Counted from the whole stretch's first letter, positions 12,598 through 25,139 are shown. The stretch is 53,716 bases of DNA, filler included, from Circinaria calcarea (GCA_051942165.1; 3 parts of 3 records of this genome joined end to end with filler, not necessarily neighbours in it); one strand, 5' to 3'. The notes: generated by a model from the sequence alone, not told the origin. Numbers and translations are program-made.

Positions 12598-15500
12598 GAG
12601 GATGCTGGGCTTTCGGAGTTCGGAGTTAATAGAGAACTTCCAAGTAGAGATAAATGGCAGGCGTACCGTTGATGTGGAAGCGGCGGCGAAGCTCCAAGGT
12701 GGTGGTGGGGTAGGGGAAATTGCGAGCGCAGGGGTTTGTGGATGTTAAGGCGGAAGCCGAGGAGTGAGATATTCGAGAGTACTAAAAAGGGACAGAGGGC
12801 AAAAATACTGCAACGCCCTCGATTCAGATAATGTATGATCGAAAATCAGACATTGACTCATATACCGTCAATCCAGGGAAAGAGAGAAGGAAATGGGTGC
12901 GAGCGCTCTTTATGTTAGGCCTTAAGAGCAAGGCCCGAGTATACTGTTACAAATCATCCGGCTCTGGTAGGTAGGTGTGGGTCCAGAGACCTAATCTGTG
13001 AACCCGGGGCGCAGACTTAAGGTAGGCACTCACTGAACAGCTTTTACTATTCCACTGTGGGATCAACACTTCATGGATCCCTGTTTAACGCTTAGACCGG
13101 TGGGATACTATGTATGCAGCGTTCCATGATAAAGCGGTGGTCTCACCACTTGGTGGCGTCCCGGAGAGTTACGACTCTTTTGTGACGATAGGTCGGAATT
13201 TCGTGGGTCAGCGGAAGCATTGCCAGCTGGGAGCTAGTGTCAGAATTTGCACAGTGACTGGGGTGCAAATCCCAGCGGCTGGCCCTCTCAAGGTCCCTTG
13301 AACCCCGCGTTGCTCATAATGATTCGCCGTGCCAATGCTGGGGAGGGCCACCCGCTCGTGTCTGTACCGAGTAAATAGAGTTTAGGGCGTCTGTCAGATA
13401 TTGGTAGCGTTCACCATAAATGTCGATCTCCGCAGATAATCGGTGCTAAGCTGAATAAGGCGGGGCAATTAGGGCTCCCGGTAAGGTTATCACTAAGCCA
13501 CGTGATAATTCACTCCTTAGTCTCAATGTTAGCGGTATGATTGCCTTAAAAGGGCAAACTCGAACCTACCTTGAAACGGCATTATGCTGGTACCAACCAC
13601 ACGGATTGAACCGGCTGCCGAATTTATAATCCAGCCCTTCACTTTACCTCTGCGAAAAGCACCAGGGAATTTGGTATCTATGCAAGCTGTAACTAGCTTG
13701 AAACGGTATCCCCGAATTCAGCTAACACCTGTTTGTATCATCGTGCGGCGGCGAAGCGGTCACGAGTACTATTCTAATCCCCATCTAAGTTAGGTAGAGT
13801 TCGAGGCGCAACCGGGTCTCTTAACTAGCTGAAGATCACGCTACATCGATTTTTTCTATCCCATGATTCCTCACCCCGGGAGCCATAGCTTGTGCCAGCC
13901 TTGTCATGGCAGAACCTTATCCGCTGCATCAGCAGGAACAAGAAAGGTACGAGTAACTAGCTCTTAGGCCGAGTTCTTTTGGGGATATGACCGACTTTAC
14001 TACGGTATTTCAACCAAGTAAATTATAAGCATTTTTTATTTGTTCCATACGTGTCGCGTTCCTCTTCTGATAATTTGATGCGTGGCAAGCGAGGGTTGAA
14101 AGAATCATCTTTAAGAGATGCCATATAGTAGCTGTTTGGATGAGAGTGGTGGGCAAAGGGCGTAATTGCCGATTGGATCCAACTTAGCAGGCGAGGTTGC
14201 AAAACGTGCAAAACATTCCTCCTTTGGTAGTTCCCCCGTTACCTGCAGCGCCTATATTCCTTCAACCACTTGAAGAATTTCTCAGGCACACAAACAGTCC
14301 TATCAAGAGGCTCGGCGACACACCCGCAAGACCTTAGAGGGTGGTGCAAAAGCCTCTCGTAAGACTCGTTAGCTAACCATTCAGAGCTCCGCAAACCCCT
14401 TTCTGGTTTGGCGAATGAATGACTTGCCCCTTGCGATACACCACATCCTGCCTTTCCGCCCGATGCAACAGTGTGACTCTTGCAGCATTGCGAATACGTG
14501 TCATACTTGTGAGGCTGTGGATGGGCGAGAAGCGGCCGCTATTGATGTAATTAGATAAACGTTGTTGATGCCGGCAGGCTCCGATGGTGAGACGATAAGG
14601 TTATCGCGTGGAAACGGCGCTATCCTTACGGCGCTAACTGCGAGCCGGTACATGCGCCTTACTCAGTACGCCTTAGTGCCTAACTAAACTCTCGGAAACG
14701 CGGCTCTGTTCGTCCCATCAGAGCTCGATCTGATTGTAACGGCCCTCCAACTAGGACAAGTGTCATCAGCAGGTACAAATGCCATGCCGGTGACGATGCA
14801 ACAAGGTAGCCCATCCTTGAACTTTAGCTCCTCGGCCTTTCCCGAATCAAGCCTCCCCTGGTGGTTCTGGATGTATTTTCATGCGATGATCCTGGTTCGG
14901 CGAACTGTTATTGCACTATCAGGAGGGGCTTTCAAATAATCCCAGAGCCCTTGCTAGTTCAGGCTGCCTTCGTTCTCACATATTGCCTCATTACGGTGGA
15001 GTTGACATCTGTCAAATTTACTTATGCACTTACTACATGCAGTAAAGAACGTCTTATGCACCACATTCCGCCCCTTTACAAGGTAATGATTCGATAAGAG
15101 CAGCTGTCGTCGAGGATGCATATCTAACGGGATTTTGTCCGTGATGTGGTATTGTGGATAAGCACGTGATATACGCTGGGGAATCTAGGGATCCCTTCCT
15201 TGCCACCCAAGGCCCTGGGTTACACGGGTGGTGGAGTTACTGGAAACGCTGTAATCCACTGCCATTCAAGATTTCCAATACCCCAACCTATTTGCCCGGG
15301 TGCACCATACCCTCACTTTAGAGGCTCGCATAGGGTCACCAGGGTCATCCAGGGGTACGAAATAAGTTGGATAATTTTCTAGGGCGCTTATACGACGGGG
15401 CTCCGGACCAATCAAGGGGTTCCTTAGGGCTGATTAACAGGTTCACTCAATAAACTTCTCTCAGCCTTCCAGGAGGCTAATTCATCTGGAACTCGCTTCT

Positions 15501-16485
15501 TAACAGACAGCCTCATAGGGTATGAAGGGTTCACCCCAAGTGGTTCCCCAAAGGGTACATCCCGCTCCCAGCCCGAAAAGCTTAGGGTAGGGTAAAAGGA
15601 CGCTGTAGTAACTTAGCGGCCCTATTTCGCCAAGAGTTGGTCGACGGTACTTGTTCCGGCGTCCTAAGGGTGTCAGGAACCTTGCCATCGATGGACCTCG
15701 ACTCTCACATAATCCCACCCATGCCACTCCAACGCCTCGCCATTCATAATCTCGTGGAGATAACAATCACCAACCACCCAGGCAATCATTCCCCATGTTG
15801 CCGTAAGACTAAGACTACAGGAGTCGCTACTAGCCATGCCAAAAGGCAAATTTGAAATCTCCGACTCACTTCCCCGCATTATCTCTTTCTGGCCCAATGT
15901 ACCCGCGCTCGTGTGGTAAACATGCGGAGCCGGTACGATGCCCCGCTTTGTTTGCGGGTTAGCGACCAGGCGAAAGGAGGTCTTGTTTGAAGGCGTTGAT
16001 CGAAGGGACCATGGCTCCTGCTCAGAATGGAGGTCTTTGCCCCGTTCCTGGTGTCAGCTCTCCTGGTGCACAATCGTCCGAGGTATCGTCCGAACTCTGG
16101 TACCGGCAATTTTGTCAAAAATCGACCGTGTTGAGGATCTGCAGTTGCACCAGTAGACCTCCTCCAATAGCATACGTTGAAGATTGCGCCTGGGACTTGT
16201 TTCCTGAGCCCTTGATGAGCAAGCCAGATTTTGTTGATGAGGAGAACTGTCTACAGCGCTTTGGAACCCTTCCCTTTTAGGAGCGGTATACTTCTGAGCA
16301 AATGCCAACCGTTCGCGCTCAAATACCGGATAAGCCGAGTTAACTCCTTCCCTTTTATATAGCAATGGACGCATATCACCGTACATGCTGCTCAACGTTA
16401 CTCATATATCATTGGTCCTTCACAGCTAGGGGATGAAATGGTGTAAGAGAAAATAAGTTTTTTATTTTTTACCTCCGGTGTCGCA

Positions 16486-17835
16486 TTAAAACGTCTGCTC
16501 CCCTATGCAAATCTCATAGCCATGTTCTCGAAGTTCCATGCATGAAACTCCAAAACAACGGTTTGGATTTTTCATTACACACCTCAAAAGCCCAATGACG
16601 TACCCGTCAGAATCAAAAATAGGGGACCCACAGCTCCTCCCATCGACAGGTTCGTTACTGTTCTCGAACAAATACCACTCATGCGCAACATAATTCTTGC
16701 CGCCACCATTAGAGACCCTCGCTCCAAGACCCAACACAACCCCCTCGCAATTCCCCGAAAAGGGATTATCCATGAAAACAGAATCATAGATCCTCAGATG
16801 TGGAGGGTATCCTGGAGATATGCTTCTCATCTGTACACCGCGCGGATTATTCTGGCTCCCGAATGTTTCATTCACGTAACGAAGGCCCGCGTTCAACTTG
16901 ACCATCGAAATATCGGTTTCAGGCAGAGTACGTACAATCCGCCCAACCACAATGCCTTTATAGGAATCGGGATGGTAGACAAGGCCGTCCTCCGCAAACC
17001 CACGGGTTGCAACTGTAATGTACAATTCGCCGCGGCCGTCCACCACCAGAATTCCAGAGGTGGTTGTACTGTAGAATTCTTCCGATCTTCCATCCTTGTC
17101 AACGGTTCGTATCGAAGAACTCAACATTACGCCCGGTCGAAGGAGTGCATTTGGCGAGGTCAGATAGGACGAATCGTCGTACTCCACACCGTCCGAGACT
17201 GTTGCTCTCAACGTTGACGGATCCTGGTCGGGAATCTCTGACAAAAACTTGTAGTATGCTCTGTGTGAGGCAATAAACGATGGAACAGCTTTCAGATCAG
17301 TACCATCAGGGATGCTGATCTGCCAAAACCCGCCATACCAGACAATGTCCCGTATTTCGACTTTCATGCTGCGAAAGACTTCCACGGCTTGCCCGAGGAT
17401 AGCATCGCAGAAGTGATCCGTCGTTTGCAAGTTGAACTGTGGAAGTGCTTTACCTCCCCTTCCCCCTTTTCCTCGATCGAAGCAATCGGCATATTCATCA
17501 GTGGTGAAGCGAACCGGCAGTCCACCGACGGTGAAGGGCCACGGCCTCGACGGCAGTGTCCGGACTCGAATGATCAGAAAGGGCGGACACACTTCGACCC
17601 CGACCGTCGTCGGAAAGAGCCGTAAGAGCTCCGAGAAATCTCCGCGGGGAGGCGTCGTGGCACGGCCCTCTTTCACGAGGGGGTATCCCAACTCGACTCG
17701 CTTGGAAACAGCGAGGGCGGCGTGGAGATCGGGGCTGCTTTGGTTCAGATCAACGTCAAACTGAGCATCTGTCACACTGTTTAATCCAAAAGTGCTTTTT
17801 TGGGGGGGGCATTTAGATAATCTCTCTCCTCTCAT
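16486..17835 (-). CDS. Hypothetical protein with a C-terminal trypsin/chymotrypsin-like peptidase fold; 5' end may run into the gap
   Basis: 449-codon uninterrupted ORF. C-terminal half has TTSGILV...YITVATRGF, ETDISMVKL and GRSCGSPIFDSDGYVIGL segments in the order of the His, Asp and nucleophile motifs of trypsin-fold proteases. The fold assignment is by eye. Confidence 0.65.
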   Translation of the reverse strand: MRGERLSKCPPQKSTFGLNSVTDAQFDVDLNQSSPDLHAALAVSKRVELGYPLVKEGRATTPPRGDFSELLRLFPTTVGVEVCPPFLIIRVRTLPSRPWPFTVGGLPVRFTTDEYADCFDRGKGGRGGKALPQFNLQTTDHFCDAILGQAVEVFRSMKVEIRDIVWYGGFWQISIPDGTDLKAVPSFIASHRAYYKFLSEIPDQDPSTLRATVSDGVEYDDSSYLTSPNALLRPGVMLSSSIRTVDKDGRSEEFYSTTTSGILVVDGRGELYITVATRGFAEDGLVYHPDSYKGIVVGRIVRTLPETDISMVKLNAGLRYVNETFGSQNNPRGVQMRSISPGYPPHLRIYDSVFMDNPFSGNCEGVVLGLGARVSNGGGKNYVAHEWYLFENSNEPVDGRSCGSPIFDSDGYVIGLLRCVMKNPNRCFGVSCMELREHGYEICIGEQTF

Positions 17836-17870
17836 ACCAAGAACCGATTCGTGTTGATTCGCCTCCTCTG

Positions 17871-17970
17871 NNNNNNNNNNNNNNNNNNNNNNNNNNNNNN
17901 NNNNNNNNNNNNNNTTAATTAATTAANNNNNNNNNNNNNNNNNNNNNNNNNNNNNNNNNNNNNNNNNNNN
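17871..17970. other. Assembly gap / artificial contig linker
   Basis: 44 N + TTAATTAATTAA (stops in all six frames) + 44 N. Confidence 0.98.
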
Positions 17971-18601
17971 CCCCTCCCCCTCCCCGGGCTTGGGGCTCGA
18001 TATCAGGTGGCTGCATAGTCAATGGATGTACAGTTCCGTAATGAAGGGTGGCAAAGGTTGGGCAAAGGTTGGGCTGGGAGCTACCAGCAGGACAAAGGCT
18101 GCCAGGGGAAAAAAAGGGGAATCCTGATCTTTCGACCGAAGCCGAACTATATCAAGAAGAGATTTGTGGTTTGTTAGATGCCAAGGCAAGGACTTGACCT
18201 TTCTAATTGCTCGAGAATCAAAAACAAGTGCAGCCGCGGTTAGGCGGCAACTCTTTTACAATCTTTGAGCCCGAATGATGGGGAAAGTCGAGGTGACAAA
18301 AAAATACTACAGCACTCCAAAAGTTCGGGCTTCCTTTGTAGAATTCTGCGTTATGTTTAGTGGTAGGGGAGACTGAATTGCCTGTTTTCCAGTGGTTCCC
18401 CCTTTAACCGTTTCGTGCCCCTTTGGGTTCCTTTTTCATTTTCTTTTTTCTACTCCTTTTTAAAATCTTTTATTTCCTTGCCGCTCCCTTCCAGTGCCAC
18501 AATTAAAGCGGTCATACGTACTCTTTTCTCCGAATTAAAAAATAAATAATTATCAATCCTAAGCTTGCGGTATAAAATGTATTTTAAAAACCATATTCTC
18601 C

Positions 18602-18720
18602 ACATACGACCATAGACTCAAGAGAATTGGGTATCCCGTCCGCTCTGCCATACACAAGCTTGAGATCGGCTGATTAGTAGTTGGGTGGGTGACCACCAGC
18701 GAATACCAGCTGTTGTATGT
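18602..18720 (+). rRNA. 5S rRNA gene, full length (119 nt)
   Basis: ACATACGACCATAG...CCCGTCCGCTCTGCC...TTAGTAGTTGGGTGGGTGACCACCAGCGAATACCAGCTGTTGTATGT matches the filamentous-ascomycete 5S pattern. The ends pair (ACATAC/GTATGT) and a T-run Pol III terminator follows. Confidence 0.95.
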
Positions 18721-18750
18721 TTTGTTTTTTGTTTTTCCCGCCTCGTCTCG

Positions 18751-18897
18751 ATAGGGCTTACCGAGGCATGTCTTGCATAGGAGGTCCATGCTCAACACTT
18801 CCAACACACATCATAAAAGCATTTTTTCGCTCCATAGATAGTTTAGTTAGTTACATATTCAGGTAGCAATGCCACCATATATATTGCTGCTCAACAT
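18751..18897 (+). repeat. Dispersed ~150-bp repeat, copy A
   Basis: ATAGGGCTTACCGAGGCATG...GGAGGTCCATGCTCAACACTTCCA...ATAGATAGTTTAGTTAGTTACA...AATGCCACCA...TCAACAT recurs at 51191-51342. Confidence 0.9.
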
Positions 18898-20341
18898 GCG
18901 GAGGTGCGGATATTAGCTGCGTTACTCGGAATTTTATCAACGCATGTGGATTCATCTGCTATTCTTCTAGAGCAATGGGAGTTACGCTTGGATTTTCTCT
19001 TCCGTTGAAATTGTAACTCGTTCAGTGGTTTCTAATCATTGGGGGGGTAGTCATCTCGATAGTATAGACGTAAGACTTATATAACCAAGCCGGAAATAGA
19101 TTACGAGGTCGGAACATAATACCTTTGGTCTTGGACGACGAACGAGGCAGGTGGGCTACTGTATTTCCCGTGGCCTTTTGGTCTCTGCTCTGCCCTTGGT
19201 TCTGGACCTTGCATTTCGGAACACATGGCGCTTTTATAGCACTCGGATCTATCATCATATAGAGAATACTGATAAGACGAATAGTGAAAGAAGAGAAGAA
19301 CACCTTTCGCGTATAGAATCTTTAGATAGTTTTCATATATTCATTTCCATTATTAAATCATATCAGCGGCACTTAGCATATAGCATTTCACAAATTGTAA
19401 ATCTTTTGCCATAATATACTGCTCCGCACCGCTATGGCAAGATGTACAAAAACCTTATAACTTGGTAAAGGCCAAAAAAACGCATGAAAAGCAGTGAACA
19501 GCGAGAATGTATAGAGCCTGGGTAAGTATAAGTCGAAAGTAAGCGGAACGGTAGGTAGAAATACTGTAATATTGTATAATAACATTATGCTTTTACCCAC
19601 CCCTTATTGAGACTGAACGTCTACAAGGTATTTAGACAGGTGCGTAGAGCAAAATGGCCGCCTCGGCCTCGGGCATTTTAGTGCAACAACGTGTAGACCT
19701 CGACCATCCTCTCTTATCAGATTTCATGATGTCATATAGTGAGGCTTACGTGTCGAGCTGTAAGATAGACGGGCATATTACGGTATGCGGCACGATCCGA
19801 GAGGAGGATGTGTTGAGATACTGCAGCTGATCCGTAAAATAGCTCATGGTCATCAGGCGGTGTAAAGGCAATCATTTTGACTGGGTATGGTGGCTTGGGT
19901 GTCCGGAGTTAAGTCGATCTCAGGACTCTTCCTCCTGCTGTCGATTATGAAATATTTTCCACCCAAGCCGATCCCAGCAAGCGAAAGACGGTTATAATAA
20001 TCCAGGGATGGGGACATATGCGGCGTTCGGGACATCCGGTACATTTGGGACACTTGAAAATTTTGATTCGCTGTCCGAGGGTCCTAATCTACGCCCCTCC
20101 AGGGCAATGGTACCTGTCATTGTTACCCGTAGGAGCCTAGCTTCAGGCATCAAACTTAGTGGGGACTTTCGAATAACCTATTAGTAGATAGACACAGCAT
20201 GTCCTCCTTTGGAGGTTGCATCCGCTTATGAATTCCAAGCTGGCATACTTTAGCCAGCTTCTGTTTCATGTTCACTTGAACTTTCTTTGCAGTTTTGCAA
20301 AGAGGTTTCTTCCAGCCATCTCTCTACCGCATTTCACCACC

Positions 20342-21174
20342 ATGATCAAACCAGCGTTTGTCTGTCTTCATGGCGCCTGGCATGACCCTTCATGCTATGA
20401 CGGCGTCAAGTCTCTCCTGACCAGCCATGGATATCAATGCATACTCCCTTCCTTCCCATCCACGGGTGCCCAACCTCCGACTTCTGACTTTACGGAAGAC
20501 GTCGATACCATTAGGTCAACTGTCACAGGGCTTGTTCAAGATCAAGACGTGATTGTTGTCATGCATTCCTACAGTGGGATCCCCGGCGGGTCAGCTTTAG
20601 AGGGTTTGGACAAGCAGAGCTGCAAAGAGAAGGGATTGAAAGGAGGCGTGGTAAGATTGATCTATATCATGTCGTTCATGGTCCCCGAAGGATTCCAGCT
20701 TTCGCCAAGGGGAACAAGGGACAACATGGCACCGTCAATGAAGACAGATCTTGAGGTAGTATCCCCACCTTCGTTCGCCTCGCCGGGTTTGTAATTCTCT
20801 TGCTAAGCTCTCTCCTGCAGGCTGGAATTGTTACGGTCGATCCCCAGGATGCCAAGGCCTTATTCTATCAAGATCTGCCCGACGATGTGGTCGCTGAATT
20901 GGCCAAGAAACTACGGCCCCAGAGCCTTGGTGTTTTCTATAGTACAACAACCCATGCTGCGTGGCGACACATACCCACGACGTGCGTCGTTTGCAATAAA
21001 GATACACCTACTACAGTTGCAGCTGTAAGATGGTTAATATCGAACGCACGAGAATCAGGTAACCATAGGCTAGATACGGTTATTGAGCGGGACGTAGGAC
21101 ATTCTCCGTTTCTGAGTCAACCGGAATGGACTGTGAACATGCTTCGAGAGGCGGCAGGCGAGAAACTTGAATAG
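20342..21174 (+). CDS. Alpha/beta-hydrolase (methylesterase-like, Abhydrolase_6 type)
   Basis: Exons 20342-20755 and 20821-21174 (GT..GCTAAG..CAG intron, in frame). Motifs VCLHGAWH, VVMHSYSG nucleophile elbow and GHSPFLSQP. Confidence 0.9.
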
Positions 21175-21970
21175 AATGAAGGCTATCTTCTTCTGCAGTT
21201 TCATCTTTAGGCCCCACAGCATAGGCATTGGAAGAGCGACAACGAGGATATCGAGGAGTAAACCTGTAATGGTTTGCGAGGTGAAGAATTTGGATGTATT
21301 GATACAGGTGCCCCCTTTAATGGTCTTGTCCCAGTTGAACGCAAAAGTCTCACAAGATGCTAGTGACACGATGACATATGATATGCAGTAGCACGTAAGG
21401 ATGCCCATTACTCCGTACGCAGTCTGGTGGAAAATCTTATTTGCGAAGATGGTAATAAACAAGCCGAGCGCAGAGATTTTCACAACTGAAACAGCGAGCG
21501 TCCCAAAGACCGAAATCGGAACGAACATCTAGAATGATCAGAGGAGAAATGGCGGAATTTGTCATTAGTAAATAGATTTTGTCCCATACCTTAAGTGCGA
21601 ATTCGAGCTCACCAAGAGAAACGTCGCTCTGATGTTGGCCGACGCCCCCACGGGTGAGAGCTATATTATTCAGTTAGTTGGTTGAAATCTAACGAGATTT
21701 TTATATCAATTGCATAGACCTAGGTTCATGGAAATTATAAGGGCAAGCGCAAAAATCTACATCGTTTGTTAATACAATCCTTAATACAACACGGAGAACA
21801 TTACTTGCCCATGCGAGAATGATAGTATAATCGTTAGTTTGCAAGGCAATTTTTCTTATTCTTCGGGCCCATAACCTCAGAAGAATCGAAGCAGCAGATA
21901 AGATGATCATAGAACTGTTAATAACAAGCAATGCGACAGGGAATCGCATATGTAGCGTAAGAGGTGCCAT
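21070..21970 (-). pseudogene. PTH11-like (fungal rhodopsin-domain) integral membrane protein, C-terminally truncated
   Basis: Four exons give LRLWARR..NDYTIILAW, GGVGQH, VKISALGLFITIF, C...FNWDKTIKGGTC and DILVVALPMPMLWGLKMKLQKKIA. Family resemblance ends near 21180, where the frame reads into the antisense strand of the hydrolase. Confidence 0.7.
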
Positions 21971-22706
21971 GCTAGCTATGGGAAGTAGTAAACAAAGGAA
22001 TTTTCCTCAAACCTCCTACTACCAATATGTTCGGTAATAGGAAGGTGAATAATGATTGGAAAAATCATCAATGGAAGGCTAAAGGGATGAGATGGCATTA
22101 TTTCGGGCTCCCTGGCCAGGCAGCTCAGCATATAACTATTCCGTAGGTTACACGAAAAGTATCTTCGAACGCAGTTTCTTGTCAGCCGTGGAGTTCGAGC
22201 AGCGAGATCGGCATAAACAATATGACGCAGCAGTCGTACGGGTGATACAAAGCAGTCAGAGTTCTTATGCAACCACATGCACTTTGCGAGCCACAGCATA
22301 TGGCATTGCAGTCGCGTGGTTTGTCTCCGGTTCCTGGGAGCTTCTTACGGCGTAGCACTAATGCACCCTTGGCTTCAATTCGCAGCCTTCTCCCCCACGT
22401 TAAATATTTATAGAGTGTGCTGAGGAAGCTGATCAGAGGCGCGGTGTCCATGCTTAACTCAATCACAGGCCAGGCAACAGCATTGCCATGCAAGAAGGAG
22501 CACAGCAGGCTCCCCTATGGGTGCTCAGGCCTCTCGTAAAGCTACCGAGTATTGATATTGGGAACACTTCCTACAAGGTCTGAATGCACTGGGCTAACGC
22601 CCGGTCCACCCAGTGAAACCCGTGTGTGCGCATTCCATTTAATCGGACAGGGTTATTATTCAGATTAGGTTCAACTCCTAATAGCGCTCCTTTTGATAGG
22701 CTGGGT

Positions 22707-22774
22707 GGTACCCCGTTCTGTTCTCTATTAGTAGTTGATTGGGTGACCACCAGCGAATACCAGCTGTTGTATGT
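22707..22774 (+). pseudogene. 5S rRNA pseudogene (3' part, probable internal deletion)
   Basis: ATTAGTAGTTGATTGGGTGACCACCAGCGAATACCAGCTGTTGTATGT (22727-22774) nearly matches the 3' end of the gene at 18602. A degenerate GGTACCCCGTTCTGTTCT lies just upstream; a T-run follows. Confidence 0.85.
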
Positions 22775-23358
22775 TTTATTTTTTTGTTTTCCCCGCCCCG
22801 TCTCGATGCAATTAGTACAGGGAATGAAGAAAAGTAGGAAGCCCAGTGTGTGAATGGTGAATATTTAGACGGGGGACGGTGAGGGAGGAGAGAAGAGGAA
22901 GAGGAAGAGGGGGGCGGTTGGGAAAGTAGAGGAGAGTAGACAAAGGGAAGTAAAGACGGCGAATAACAGCATTTTAGAAAAATAATAAGGAATCTAGCGA
23001 GGGCAGAGTATCTGCAAGAGATGAAAGGGTAGAGTAGGACACGGTAGGCAGGCTATGAGGCATAGTCAAGAGATAGCACAATACAGGTCCAACGTACAGG
23101 CAGTGAGATAGCACACTGTTATCCTTTGACGTGAATCACGGCTTTTAAGGCAACGTATACTAACCCGTCTACCCTATCTTTATTCTACTGTTCTTTTCTT
23201 TTCTCATCTCCTGTACTCCTTCCCATAAACTGATCGTCAGTGCAACTATATTTACCTTTCAATAAGGAGCACCACTCCACAAAACCATCTACACAGCACC
23301 CTCCGCTTTTCCACATCTGTCGAAGGTTCCCACCGTTGCATATGACCCGTCAAAGCAA

Positions 23359-24653
23359 TCACTTTTGTACCTTTTCGACAACCTTAACCACCTCGGGGTA
23401 CAGCTTGTCCTTTTCGGTCAACCCACAGACCTTCTCCACCACAGCTTTGGCGTCATTATCTTTCAAGATCTTGGCGAGTTCCGCACTCTCATCGTCTCCC
23501 TCGACATTCTGGAAACGGAAGGCCATCTCGATACATCCCAAGAGTGCCTTCACGTCGTCACCCATCTCTGCTAATTCTGCAGCCGGACCTACGAATCGCT
23601 CTTTCCGGGAGAGTTTACGTAATGGCGCACGACCCACACGCTCGACCACATCTTCCAAATGCGGGTTGGAGATCCGCTTGATGATTTTGTCAACATACTG
23701 TTTCTGGTCCGATTCAGAAATACCGTGCTTCTTCACGATCAAACGGCTGGTCTCGGATAATGCCTCACGCACAATCTGCCCAATCTCCTTATCCTCAAGC
23801 GCATGATGGATCATTTTCTTGCCCCTATTATAGCCATAGTACGCTGCAGCCGCATGACCGGTGTTGACAGTAAAGAGCTTACGCTCAATGTACGGTTTCA
23901 AGTCAGTCACCCAGTTCACTCCGGAGATTTCAGGGTGTCCGTGCGGTTCGAATGGTGTACTCTCCACGACCCATTCGAAAAAAGATTCGATTTGGACATT
24001 GAGACCAGAGTGGGGGGCTTGATTGGGGACGATACGATCAATGGCGGAGTTGGCGAAACGGGCTCGTTCGGGCAGGTCCTTGAGTTGGTTTTCGGGTGTG
24101 TTTTTTGGGTCGCGGATGAAGCCTGCAAGGGTGTCGGTGGCACCGATGGCATTTTCGCAGGCAATAACGGCCATCGGATAGGAGGCTGTGCGTTTGTGAA
24201 TACCTTTAGCAATAACGGGGGCGATAAATTTGAGGACGTTTGGGCCGACAGCGCAGGTAACCTAGAGAGATCAACAATTCAGCTGAATACCCGTGGAGAA
24301 TTGTTACAGGGGAAACTAAGGGATTCGAACATACAATGTCGGCTTCCGAAATCTCCTTGACAACATCGTCCTCATGGGTCTTGGAGTTTATGGCGCGATA
24401 GTTGGTAATCTTATTGACCTTCTCCCCTTCCCCGCCAATTTCGGTGACGGTGTATTCCTTGGTGCTCTGAAGCTGTTCGATGATGCTGTCCATTACATCG
24501 ACAAAGACAACCTGGGCTCAAAGTCAGCTCCGGTGGATATCATCCCAACATCTATAGGACCTCGTATCCGGACATGTGAAGCTTCTCAGCGACGAAGCCA
24601 CGTCCAATGTTTCCTCCGCCGAAATGGACGGCCTTTTTCCCTGATGTGCTCAT
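23359..24653 (-). CDS. mpdA: Mannitol-1-phosphate 5-dehydrogenase
   Basis: [23 protein letters not shown]ossmann motif, [55 protein letters not shown]; two introns in the 5' part. Confidence 0.95.
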
Positions 24654-25139
24654 TTTCGCGGGTGGGGAGGTTTCTCGGGACTGTGCTATATATTTATTCT
24701 TCAGGTGTCGCAAAGAAAGGCCCAAATGCAAGCAGAAAAGACCACAATTGGTTTGAGTATGCTGATTGAAGATGGGGAAGTGGGAGATGCCGCGTTTTGT
24801 GGTTGATTGGGCGATGGCGGGGTCGATACTTTGATCCGTGCGGGGCACTTTCCACTTTTCCACATTAAAGTAGTGGCTTGTGATTGATGCACAGCAATGC
24901 TCGGGGGAAAAGTATCATCGCACAGAGAAGGAAAAGTACTCTGAAGCAATGCTGACCGCTCAATTCACTACACCAAAAAAGGTCTGGAATAACCATTATA
25001 ACCTGCAACCTGGGGTATCGTACATGAACAATGGACAGCCATCGTGCATCCAATAAAGCTAAATGGTAAAAGCAAACATGCTGAATCGTGAAGCGTACAG
25101 TCTCGTCCTCTAACTGGAGCATCTGTGATACACCGCCAC

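Noticed and set aside
14020..16400. Interrupted minus-strand frames that look partly coding
   Set aside because: Multiple stops and no identifiable homology by eye; blastx would be needed.
17915..17926. TTAATTAATTAA palindrome within N runs (also 35839-35850)
   Set aside because: Synthetic six-frame-stop spacer from contig joining; not biological.
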